Shown here: in pieces, positions 16,225 through 24,627 of the stretch
Layout: each line of letters begins with the position of its first letter
How positions within the stretch are numbered: position 1 is the first letter of the stretch
Virus record (IMG/VR): IMGVR_UViG_3300010334_007100
Coordinates: 1 to 24,627 of that record
Length of the DNA stretch: 24,627 bases
DNA from: a virus
Taxonomy: Duplodnaviria > Caudoviricetes
Reading direction: 5' to 3' (one strand)
Program-made: the position numbers and the translations under genes
Notes under the pieces: generated by a model
Told to the model about the DNA's origin: nothing
The model's input: only the letters and a program-made list of their open reading frames with translations
Database searches by the model: none

Positions 16225-18042
16225 ATGTCTGAATTTGATAATGCTAGTAGTGGTCGAGATGGTACATTTGGCAAATCGCTAATGAATTATATTAATTCTC
16301 GATTGCCCTACCAGAGCTACACTGTCGTAGATTCGCTTAATAAGCTTAATCCTAAGTATAAAGTCTTTCAAGACACTGGCAGTAAGCGTACTGAAGCTTT
16401 AGCGCGTCAAAGTATTAGCTCTAATACTGAATTTAATAATATAGATCCTGCGGGTATTATTGGGCTAGATAATAATTTCACTCAATACATGTATGCTAAT
16501 ATTCAGCATGATAAAATTACCAGACTCAGGGATTATAGAGTAATAGCTGCATTTTCTGAGGTTGCAGATGCATTAGATGAAATATGTGATGAGGTTGTTA
16601 ATAGAGATAAAAACGGAAAAGTAGCATACCTAAAAACACCTGATATTGAATTAGAGGAAGAAGATGCTGCATCACTAGAAAAGGAATTTCAAAAATATAT
16701 TAATTATTTTGACTTGCAAAATAAAGGCTGGGAGTATTTTCGCAATTTACTAGTCGATGGTGAAGTTTATTTTGAACATATAATTCACAAGCAGTACGAG
16801 GAAGAGGGTATTCTCGGTACTATGGTTATTCCTACCGAATTTATCGATCCTATTTTCGGTAATGTACAGAATTTAATGATTAAAGGATATTTATTGAGAA
16901 AGCCGATCTTTGACAAAAACAACCCTACAAAAATACTAGACTATGATCTTGTTCCTTTAGATAAAAATCAAGTTACCTATATTAATTCTGGTGTTTGGAA
17001 TGAAAACAAAACAATAAGATTACCGTTCATTGAAAACGCACGCCGTGCTTACAGACAGTTAAGTCTTATTGAAGATTCGATAGTAATTTATAGACTGGCC
17101 AGAGCACCAGAGCGTTTAGTTTTTAATGTGGATGTGGGTAATATGCCTCCCCCTAAGGCAGAAGCATATTTAAAGAAACTAATGAACCAATACTGGTCGT
17201 CAAAAACTTATGATAATGCTCAAGGCGGTAACGCAGTCAAAAAATTTAATCCACAATCTATTTTAGATAATTTCTGGTTTGCAAAGCGTGCCGGGAGCGA
17301 AGGAACAAAGATAGATAGATTGGCAGGCGGTGAAAATTTAGGAAAACTAGAGGACTTAGAATATTTTCTTAAGAAACTTTATAAGAGTTTAAAAGTACCT
17401 GTTTCAAGACTTAATGTAGAAGACGCATATAAAGATGACATGAATATCTTGCGCGAAGAATTAAAATTTGCCAAATTTGTTGTACGTATGCAACAACAAT
17501 TTGCAGAGGGACTGAAGAATGGTTTTATTACACATCTTAGGCTTCGTAAGCTATGGGAGAAATATGATTTAAAGGAAAATAATATTGATATAGAATTTAA
17601 TGTACCGGTTAACTTCTTTGAAATGAGAGAGGCTCAAAAACAAGAACTAAAGACAACCTCATACAACAATATTACTCAGTCCGATGCTGTGAGTAAGACG
17701 TACGCGCTAAAAAAATATATGGGATGAAGTGATATAGAGGTAATGGCTAATAGAGAGTTTATGCGAAAAGATATTGGATTTTTGTGGGAGCTTGAGCAAA
17801 TCAAGAGTGGTGGACCTAACTGGCGTGAAAATCTTCAAGCAGGAGCCGCTCCAGCACAAGGCGGTGAGCTTGCTACCGGTGGAAGCGGCGGAGGCAGCGG
17901 ACCGGCAATGCCTCCTGCTTTTGGACCAGCTCCTGCAGCTGGCGGAGCGTCTGAAGCAGGTGCACCTGCAGGAGAGCCTACCGCGCCCGGGTCTGAAGCA
18001 GCAGCTGGAGCTGCACCAGCAACTGGGCAACCTACTGCTTAA
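16225..18042 (+). CDS. Portal vertex protein (T4 gp20-like), interrupted by an in-frame TGA at 17725-17727
   Basis: Motifs EVADALDEICDE, LIEDSIVIYRLARAPERLVFNVDVGNMP..KAE.Y, DNFWFAKR, LYKSLKVPVSRL and REELKFAKF. The frame continues after TGA (SDIEVMANREF...) to TAA 18042. Confidence 0.9.
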
Positions 18043-18469
18043 TCAAGAGATTATAGCAAAATTTTAATTTTTTCTTTTCGTATTTTCTTGCATCTATTTC
18101 GTCAGGATCATTCCAATATTTCGAATTTATTAATTCTGCATCCCTATATGTATATGAGAGCTTAAAAGGTTTTTTAATAATTCTATATTGTATAAAATGT
18201 CTCAATTCATGCAACATGTTACGCAATACTCTGCTTAGTTTTATATATCTTTTTTCTAAAGCTTTACTCTGAACGGCTACACATAAAGTATTAGTGTAAA
18301 AATCAAAATAACTATGAATAGCTCTAGGCATTATATTCAATCTTAATGTTTTATTTGGCAATTTACCTGCCTCACTACACAATCTTAAAATCAACAAAAA
18401 TAATTTATCTGAATTAATTTTATTTTTTTTTAACCAGTCTAAACTTTTTCTAGAAAAAACAATCTTCAT
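18032..18469 (-). CDS. Zincin-like metallopeptidase (HExxH)
   Basis: MLHELRHFIQ...YWNDPDEIDAR. Confidence 0.7.
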   Translation of the reverse strand: MKIVFSRKSLDWLKKNKINSDKLFLLILRLCSEAGKLPNKTLRLNIMPRAIHSYFDFYTNTLCVAVQSKALEKRYIKLSRVLRNMLHELRHFIQYRIIKKPFKLSYTYRDAELINSKYWNDPDEIDARKYEKKKLKFCYNLLIKQ

Positions 18470-19068
18470 TTAAGCCATACAGTGGTAGGGTCGTATGCAG
18501 TTGTATCCAGAAAATCCCATACTTCATATTCAGGCTTAGTTTCCATACTAGCTGCCTTTATAAGATTATTTAGTAAGCTCTGTAGGTCTTGTATGTGCCA
18601 TACATCATCTAAAAGCTTTCTACCAGATGTTCTAGTTTTATGAGCAACATGATCTGCATAGGAATAGGCAAACCCTGCAAAAGGAGGTATCATACAGCCA
18701 AGACTGACTAAATTACCAATAATCCTTGAACATACTTCTTTACCGCCAACAGAGTGCATTGTTGTTATGGCACAGGCAGGTTTACCAACTAAATATTTTG
18801 AGCCTTCTAAAACAGTCATTTTTTCAAATAATTGCTGCATAGATGACCCCCAACTATCCCAATATGTTCCTGTTGCAAAAATAAGGCCATCAGTTCTCTT
18901 GATACATCTTTTTACAGTATTCCAACAAAATGAAGGGTGTAGGTGAATAATTCTAACCTTAACATTATCATGATGTTTCAGTATCATTTTTTTAATTTTT
19001 CGTAGCAACATAGAAGTGTTACCGGTTCTGCCGCCTAGCGCACCATTAATAATAAGAATATTCTTCAC
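18466..19068 (-). CDS. Flavodoxin-family / NAD(P)H-dependent FMN reductase (WrbA-like)
   Basis: ILIINGA...GNTSML, DGLIFATGTYW and LVGKPA..ITT.HSVGG. Confidence 0.8.
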   Translation of the reverse strand: MKNILIINGALGGRTGNTSMLLRKIKKMILKHHDNVKVRIIHLHPSFCWNTVKRCIKRTDGLIFATGTYWDSWGSSMQQLFEKMTVLEGSKYLVGKPACAITTMHSVGGKEVCSRIIGNLVSLGCMIPPFAGFAYSYADHVAHKTRTSGRKLLDDVWHIQDLQSLLNNLIKAASMETKPEYEVWDFLDTTAYDPTTVWLK

Positions 19069-19076
19069 TATAGCAC

Positions 19077-19105
19077 AGTATACAGGAGTAACAAAAACAA
19101 ATCAA
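19077..19105 (-). promoter_or_regulatory. Sigma70-type promoter, near-leaderless
   Basis: TTGATT (19105-19100), 17 nt, TATACT (19082-19077), 8 nt, GTG. Confidence 0.7.
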
Positions 19106-19130
19106 ATACTTTTTTTAGTAAAAAAATTAC

Positions 19131-19157
19131 TTGAACAAATTATTGCATATATATAAT
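19131..19157 (+). promoter_or_regulatory. Sigma70-type promoter, divergent partner, likely leaderless
   Basis: TTGAAC (19131-19136), 15 nt, TATAAT (19152-19157), 7 nt, ATG. Confidence 0.55.
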
Positions 19158-19164
19158 ATAAGGT

Positions 19165-19365
19165 ATGGAAACGTTCACCGCAATAATAAAAAACCATGGA
19201 AGCCTAGATAAGTCTAGGACAATAAAAGTATCTGCTGAGGACACCTGGCTTGCCCACAAAGAGGCATGCAGCTATTATAATGAAATAAAAGAATTCATTC
19301 CTACTATCAAGGATAATCGCGGTAACGAAGTCTATAACATAGAAAAAGGCTTTATTTTCGAATAA
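19165..19365 (+). CDS. Hypothetical protein
   Basis: 66-aa ORF directly behind a promoter. Confidence 0.7.
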   Translation: METFTAIIKNHGSLDKSRTIKVSAEDTWLAHKEACSYYNEIKEFIPTIKDNRGNEVYNIEKGFIFE

Positions 19366-19410
19366 ATAATAAACATACAATGCAATTTAGCTACCTTCAG
19401 TGATTGATTA

Positions 19411-19632
19411 ATGAATAGCGTCTCTCTTATTGTTGTGGACCAAACTAGTTCGGGTTGTAACCACATAAAAATAATTATTGATGAAAAAGATTCTGGTATT
19501 TTGTACTTGACTTCAGACCAATTTGATTTTATTTCTAAATCTTTATGGAGAGCCTGTACAAACGAAGGTATTCCCTTTGATATAAAAAATCCTTTCGATG
19601 AAAATAATTTTGATGATGACGAGGAAGAATAA
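19411..19632 (+). CDS. Hypothetical protein with acidic C-terminus
   Basis: 73 aa, ending FDENNFDDDEEE. Confidence 0.7.
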   Translation: MNSVSLIVVDQTSSGCNHIKIIIDEKDSGILYLTSDQFDFISKSLWRACTNEGIPFDIKNPFDENNFDDDEEE

Positions 19633-19640
19633 ATATATGT

Positions 19641-19847
19641 GTGAAGTTTACACAGTCATCTGGTAAATTTTTTTGTGAAGAATTTAGTTCTCACGTTTAC
19701 GAGGACTTTAATAGACATAGTATATTGGTTAATATCGATCATGAATGGTTTGCAGCGTTAATTAAAGGTATGGAAAAAAGAAAATATAAATTAGTTCACG
19801 TTACTGAAATGCCAAAATCTATTACTTGTGTGTTCACAAAGAGTTGA
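19641..19847 (+). CDS. Hypothetical protein
   Basis: 68 aa, with a GTG start 5 nt after TAAATA (19630-19635). Confidence 0.65.
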   Translation: MKFTQSSGKFFCEEFSSHVYEDFNRHSILVNIDHEWFAALIKGMEKRKYKLVHVTEMPKSITCVFTKS

Positions 19848-19875
19848 TTTTTTTTATTATATAATATAATTCAGA

Positions 19876-20604
19876 GTGGCTGATACTGTTGCTCCAATTT
19901 TTAATGCTGAAAAGCATACATACACAGATCCAGAGGATAAATTCCTTTATACTAGTGTAACTAGATGGATAGAAAAATTCAAACCATATTTTGATGAGAC
20001 TGCTGTAGCAAGACGAGTTGCAGATAGGGAAGGAGTTCCAGTAGAATTAATTCTTGAAGTATGGAAGGGGAAAAGAGATGATAGCGCTGAATTTGGTACT
20101 AAGGTGCATAAAGTTCTAGAAATCTATAATTCAACTGGTAAGGTAAGTGATGATAAATTTTCCAAAGTTATTGATAGTTTTAAAAAACTAAACTTAACAT
20201 TTAATAAAAAAAATACGGTATTTGAAAAACTGGTCTACAGCAAGCAATTAAAAATTGCAGGCACATCCGACGTTATTGTACATAATAGCGATAAAAAAAC
20301 GTTTAATATATATGATTTTAAAACAAATAAGAAATTAAATCACTGGTCTGTATATAAAGAAACACTGCTCGGTCCGCTATTTAAATATCCAAACTGTGAA
20401 TATTTTGTGTACGCGCTTCAATTAAGTATGTATGCCTTTCTTTACAAGGAAATGACAGGCCTCGAACCTTTAAGATTAAAAATTTTATGGTTTTCGAGAG
20501 AAGCGCCAGAGAATTATAATAATTTAAATGGTTCTTGGGAAATTATAAATGTTCCCTACATGGAAGATGAAATTACTAAATGCATTAAATCACAAAAGAC
20601 GTAG
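19876..20604 (+). CDS. PD-(D/E)XK exonuclease (RecB/Cas4-like fold)
   Basis: SVT, GTKVHKVLE, EKLVY, AGTSD, IYDFKT and YALQLSMYA. TATAAT (19865-19870) lies 5 nt upstream. Confidence 0.85.
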   Translation: MADTVAPIFNAEKHTYTDPEDKFLYTSVTRWIEKFKPYFDETAVARRVADREGVPVELILEVWKGKRDDSAEFGTKVHKVLEIYNSTGKVSDDKFSKVIDSFKKLNLTFNKKNTVFEKLVYSKQLKIAGTSDVIVHNSDKKTFNIYDFKTNKKLNHWSVYKETLLGPLFKYPNCEYFVYALQLSMYAFLYKEMTGLEPLRLKILWFSREAPENYNNLNGSWEIINVPYMEDEITKCIKSQKT

Positions 20605-21013
20605 TTGGCCTGAGCATGCAATGGCATTAGCCATAGAAGCGTCAAAAAGGAGTGAGGACCCGTATAGGAAAGTTGGCGCCTGTGCACTAGGACTCGATAA
20701 TAGAGTTCTAGGGGTATCTTATAATGGATTAGTATCCAATAAAACCGTTAATAAGAAATTTTGGCAAAATAGAGACGTTCGTCGTCCTTATGTTATTCAT
20801 GCCGAACAGAATTTACTTAGTTTATTTGGTAGAAACCAGGCAAATTTAATTGCTGTGACATTATTTCCCTGTGAATACTGTGCAAAATTAATAGCTACAT
20901 GGGGCATTCCTAAAGTGTATTATATTGATGAGTATGAAAGAATGAACGAATCAAAAAACATACTAAAATTTTACAATATTAAGTACTATAAACTATATAG
21001 AAAACTATTATAG
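20567..21013 (+). CDS. dCMP deaminase
   Basis: RSEDPYRKVGA, SYNG, VIHAEQN and VTLFPCEYCAKLI. The start at ATG 20567 is inferred; the track start is 20549. Confidence 0.9.
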   Translation: MKLLNALNHKRRSWPEHAMALAIEASKRSEDPYRKVGACALGLDNRVLGVSYNGLVSNKTVNKKFWQNRDVRRPYVIHAEQNLLSLFGRNQANLIAVTLFPCEYCAKLIATWGIPKVYYIDEYERMNESKNILKFYNIKYYKLYRKLL

Positions 21014-21017
21014 AGCC

Positions 21018-21025
21018 TATAAATA
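21018..21025 (+). promoter_or_regulatory. T4-type late promoter TATAAATA
   Basis: Exact consensus 6 nt before ATG 21032. Confidence 0.75.
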
Positions 21026-21031
21026 AGCTAT

Positions 21032-22813
21032 ATGGCCGTAGCTACTATTTCTGTTAATTTCGCAACAGTTGCCGATGTTCGTTCCGGAGCAAGCTTTATT
21101 ACAAGCATAAACCCACTTCAACTTAAGAACGCATTAATTAGTGGTGCTTCTTTTTATGATATAAACATTAAAGGCGCTACATTTAATAACGATGTAAACA
21201 TAAACACAGCTAATTTATATGTTAACGATGATACTAAAGCTGTTACAATTGCTCCAATAACAACCATTAATAATTCAACTGATGCTATTACTAATTCTGT
21301 TGGTGCATTAGTTGTTAAAGGCGGTATCGGTGTATCTAAGAAAGTTAATATTGGTACAGAATTAACTGTAGGATCTACAGCAACTATTAGCGGTCTTGTA
21401 ACAGCGAATAATGGAGTTACTATAAATAATGCAGCTCTTACAGTCAATAGTACTGCTACAATTACAGGTATCACGCAAATTTCTAGCAGTCAAGATTCTT
21501 CAGCATATAATAATGGTGCGCTAATCGTTGCCGGCGGTGTTGGAATTAATAAAGCCGTTTATACTAATTCAACTCTAAGAGTTGCAGGTATAACTACACT
21601 TGCAAGCTCTGCTATATCTAGTAGTACATCAAGCGGTGCACTGGTTGTTACGGGGGGAGCTGGCATAGGGGGTACTGTTAATATTGGTGGCTCGACTAAC
21701 GTTGGTGGTATTGTCTCTATCACCGCCAATACGGTTTCAACTAATACAGGTAACGGTGCACTGGTTGTTACAGGTGGTGTTGGTATCGGTGGTGCACTTA
21801 ATGTAAGTGGCTTCGGCGCATTTAACGGTATATTAACTATTAATAGTAGTGCCGCATCATCGAATACAACCTCAGGTGCACTTATCGTTGCTGGTGGTGC
21901 TGGTATCGGGGGTGCTGTTAATCTCGGATCTACTTTAAATGTTGCTGGTGTTACAACCATTACAAATGGAACAGCTTCAACTGGCGTAGGAAGCGGTGGG
22001 TTAGTTGTCTCCGGTGGTGTTGGTATTGGTGGAGCCGTCAATATAGGACAAACCACGACAATTGCAGGTATCACAACTATTACTAATAGTACCGCTTCGG
22101 CTAATTCTAGCAGCGGTGCCCTAGTTGTAACCGGTGGTGTAGGCGTTGGCGGAACAGTTAGTATTGCAAATAATCTCAATGCCTCTGGAACAGTTAGTTT
22201 CTCCAATGCAACAGCGTCTAGCAGTTCAAGTACAGGAGCTTTAATTGTAACTGGTGGTATAGGGGTTGGCGGTATTTCTTATTTTAGCAGCACACTTAAT
22301 ACAGCCAGTATTAATACAACAGGTATTACAAGTTCCGGTATAGTTAGTATCACTAGCGCAACTGCAAGTTCAGGCACGGCTAGCGGTGCATTAGTGGTTA
22401 CAGGTGGTGTTGGTATTGGTGGCTCCGTTAACGTAGGTTCAAATCTTAGTGTCACTGGTACATTGTCTGTAGGAGGTTTAACTGTTAACGGTAATTTACA
22501 GGTTAACGGGGCTATTAATGCGACTGGTGATATCACCGCTTATTCTGATAGTAGATTGAAAGATAATGTTAAAAGTATTTCTAATGCTTTGGATAAAGTT
22601 AATCAAATTTCTGGAGTGTCGTTTGATTGGAACGAAAAAGCTCTAAAAACCGGTCATGATGTAGGTGTTTTAGCTCAAGAAATTGAGAAAATATTGCCTG
22701 AAGCTGTAGCAACGATGAATGATGGTTACCTTGCTGTTAAATATGACAAAATTATACCTTTGCTTATCGAAGCAATAAAGGAACTACAGAAAAAAGTAGA
22801 TTTGAAAGGTTAA
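21032..22813 (+). CDS. Tail fibre with GALVVTGGVGIGG repeats and C-terminal intramolecular chaperone (peptidase S74)
   Basis: Nine GALxVxGGxG repeats, then TAYSDSRLKDNV...GVLAQEIE..LPEAV...YDKIIPLLIEAIKEL. Confidence 0.88.
   Translation: MAVATISVNFATVADVRSGASFITSINPLQLKNALISGASFYDINIKGATFNNDVNINTANLYVNDDTKAVTIAPITTINNSTDAITNSVGALVVKGGIGVSKKVNIGTELTVGSTATISGLVTANNGVTINNAALTVNSTATITGITQISSSQDSSAYNNGALIVAGGVGINKAVYTNSTLRVAGITTLASSAISSSTSSGALVVTGGAGIGGTVNIGGSTNVGGIVSITANTVSTNTGNGALVVTGGVGIGGALNVSGFGAFNGILTINSSAASSNTTSGALIVAGGAGIGGAVNLGSTLNVAGVTTITNGTASTGVGSGGLVVSGGVGIGGAVNIGQTTTIAGITTITNSTASANSSSGALVVTGGVGVGGTVSIANNLNASGTVSFSNATASSSSSTGALIVTGGIGVGGISYFSSTLNTASINTTGITSSGIVSITSATASSGTASGALVVTGGVGIGGSVNVGSNLSVTGTLSVGGLTVNGNLQVNGAINATGDITAYSDSRLKDNVKSISNALDKVNQISGVSFDWNEKALKTGHDVGVLAQEIEKILPEAVATMNDGYLAVKYDKIIPLLIEAIKELQKKVDLKG
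21515..22354 (+). repeat. Degenerate coding repeat, 120-bp (40-aa) period
   Basis: GAL/GGL codons recur near 21515, 21635, 21755, 21875, 21995, 22115 and 22235. Confidence 0.85.
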
Positions 22814-22816
22814 TTT

Positions 22817-23377
22817 ATGGCCAAACTTCAGAGTTCAGGCGCGATAAGTATATCACAGATCAATACCCTTAAGGGCAGGGGTACACAAACATCCTCCTTG
22901 GACAGCAGAACATTAGACTACATGGGTGATACTTCCCGAACGGGAACAGCTAGAGCGGATCTAGGTGTTTGTATGCCTAATATGGTTATTAATAAGAGCA
23001 CAGGTCAATTAGCTAGGAGCTCATCTAGCTGGGTGTATACAGGACCGCAAGCTGCCTGGAGACCTTATAGTTTTTCACAATTTTACGAGGCATATTCCGG
23101 TAGACCAACGCTAGCAGTAACAAAGATTAATCTCAATATTACAAATCAAGGTCAATTCCAGGTTGATTGTTCAGGTAGCGAGGCATATATCAACGTAAAT
23201 ACACCTTATTCGGTTTACAGTTCGTCAACAGGCAGCTGGTCGGTCTGTACTGTTAACAACGGTACAAGAATAACATATACCGTATCTAACGGTACATATA
23301 CTATTGCTGTACGTGACTTCTTAAACTGCGGAGCTAACTCAGAGTTTAAAGCATCTCCTAACCCAACATATCCATGA
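22817..23377 (+). CDS. Putative fibre-tip/adhesin protein
   Basis: The N-terminal LQSSGAISISQI and later YSFSQFY resemble attachment domains found after S74-bearing fibres. Confidence 0.55.
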   Translation: MAKLQSSGAISISQINTLKGRGTQTSSLDSRTLDYMGDTSRTGTARADLGVCMPNMVINKSTGQLARSSSSWVYTGPQAAWRPYSFSQFYEAYSGRPTLAVTKINLNITNQGQFQVDCSGSEAYINVNTPYSVYSSSTGSWSVCTVNNGTRITYTVSNGTYTIAVRDFLNCGANSEFKASPNPTYP

Positions 23378-24627
23378 ACATTTACGAAGCCGCCCTTAAT
23401 AAAGTAATAGTAATTCTTGGAGTTACGCGTAATAAGGATCAATATTATTTTGTTGGTACTAGAAATAGAAGAATTGTCGAACTAACCCGAGGTAATTCTA
23501 ATTTACTTAATAACATATCTTCAGATCGTGAATTTTTGGTGGATTTCTACGATTTAAAAAATGATAAAATTGAAACTATAGATTTTCAAAACGGTGAAGT
23601 CAATGAATTTACTTTACCGGGTCTGCCCTTTGAAATTGCACCACCAATGTTTCTTAATCCCAAGTGGGAAAACGAAACAAACAACAACACACTTATTGAA
23701 TTACAAAAAAATATTATTGATATTATTGTCAATAAAAAGACCATACCTGCTTTCAAAGAAAATAAAGTCAATTTTGCAAAGAAAAATCAAAGCGTTAATT
23801 TTTTTAATGATGCAAAGATGTTTAGCGTAAGTTCTGACTATCTTTTAGATGAAAAGGATGAATTATATTATTTTAAGCTTACTTGCGATGGTGATCATTT
23901 TGAAAAATTTAACTCTGAATTTAAGGAATTTTACGAATTAATACATTTAAAGCCGTTGTTTGTTAAGATAGGGTATGATTTTAAATCAATTAATGAATTA
24001 AGAACAATAACTGCTAGCAAAAAGGATGAAATTAAGCAAAAATGGATAGATTATCTTGAAAATAAGAAAACAGAAAAACTAAGCGACTTAGCTCAACAAT
24101 TCGAGAGTACGAAGAATAGTATTGATGATGTTAATCTATTAAATGTTGCTACCTTTCAATATGAAGCGTTAAGTTTGAAAATACAAGCAGCAAATTATTC
24201 TAATATACTCAAAAATATTAATGATATGAAGATGTTTCTGAGATATTCTCCAGATTATATTGACAATAGCGACATTTTTACTACTATGGCACCGTTTAAT
24301 GATATGTGCTTAAAAATAATAGATAATCTAATTGTGAGTGGTGTTATTACAAACGACGAATATTTAAAAGAAATTTATGATTCAGGTGTAGACACCTTTT
24401 GCAATGCTCATCTACAAGAATTAAAAAATGTAAGAAAACAGCAAATAACAAATAGAAAGAATGAAATTTTGACAGAGCTTACCACTGATGAGCAAAACCA
24501 GGTAGCCCCCTTTCTCTCTGAGGATTCACTCTTCAATAAGCTAGATATACTCACACAATTTTATGATGTTCTTTCTTTCTGGCCCCCTGTATTAGGTAAA
24601 AGACCTGATTATGTCCTACCAAGCTAA
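23374..24627 (+). CDS. Hypothetical protein with helical C-terminal repeats
   Basis: 417-aa ORF with ATGA coupling, ending SFWPPVL...TAA at the window end. Confidence 0.7.
   Translation: MNIYEAALNKVIVILGVTRNKDQYYFVGTRNRRIVELTRGNSNLLNNISSDREFLVDFYDLKNDKIETIDFQNGEVNEFTLPGLPFEIAPPMFLNPKWENETNNNTLIELQKNIIDIIVNKKTIPAFKENKVNFAKKNQSVNFFNDAKMFSVSSDYLLDEKDELYYFKLTCDGDHFEKFNSEFKEFYELIHLKPLFVKIGYDFKSINELRTITASKKDEIKQKWIDYLENKKTEKLSDLAQQFESTKNSIDDVNLLNVATFQYEALSLKIQAANYSNILKNINDMKMFLRYSPDYIDNSDIFTTMAPFNDMCLKIIDNLIVSGVITNDEYLKEIYDSGVDTFCNAHLQELKNVRKQQITNRKNEILTELTTDEQNQVAPFLSEDSLFNKLDILTQFYDVLSFWPPVLGKRPDYVLPS

Noticed and set aside
17725-17790. Selenocysteine insertion at the portal TGA
   Set aside because: No SECIS-like stem is evident immediately downstream, and there is no reason for Cys/Sec at this position.
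17707-18067. Alternative-frame ORFs over the portal tail
   Set aside because: A by-product of the GC-rich low-complexity sequence.
19380-19403. Minigene MQFSYLQ* after TAAATA
   Set aside because: Only 7 codons, not in frame with the downstream gene, and no further support.
19638-19654. TGTGTGAA-G-TTTACACA hairpin at the 19641 start as another member of the occlusion family
   Set aside because: The start codon is in the 5' arm and TAAATA is outside the loop, so the architecture differs.
19876-20604. True Cas4 or CRISPR-associated gene
   Set aside because: It lacks the four-cysteine Fe-S motif, and there is no array or other cas gene.
21154-22536. Long minus-strand ORFs (106, 215 and 85 aa)
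   Set aside because: Antisense shadows of the Gly/Val/Thr-rich fibre repeats.
1-24627. Genome-wide TGA reassignment (code 4 or 25)
   Set aside because: TGA ends many genes at ATGA/TTGA junctions, Trp is encoded by TGG throughout, and genes tile densely under code 11.

Overview
AT-rich, gene-dense segment of a large T4-like (myovirus-type) bacteriophage genome. It encodes a T4 gp20-like portal, a gp15-like tail terminator, a gp62-like clamp loader small subunit, a GroES co-chaperonin and a ribosomal protein bS21 homolog. It also carries several repeat-built tail fibre/spike proteins, an S8 protease, two Zn-dependent deaminases, a flavodoxin, a PD-(D/E)XK nuclease, a DUF366-like protein and small hypothetical proteins. 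No tRNA, rRNA, CRISPR array or mobile element was seen. The most striking signal is a coherent Shine-Dalgarno-independent translation design. Most first genes have a sigma70 -10 box or a T4-late-like TAAATA box only 4-8 nt before the start codon, implying leaderless mRNAs, and many internal genes are coupled by ATGA/TTGA overlaps. Two late genes lying behind sigma70-type genes have perfect inverted repeats that hold the late box in or across the loop and bury the start codon in the 3' arm; a third, imperfect case is also present. The phage bS21 gene sits next to one of these hairpins. Two structural genes are interrupted: the portal by a single in-frame TGA, and a ~1024-aa virion protein by a -1 frameshift. 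These could be recoding events, mutations or sequence errors. All product calls come from motif recognition by eye, without database searches.
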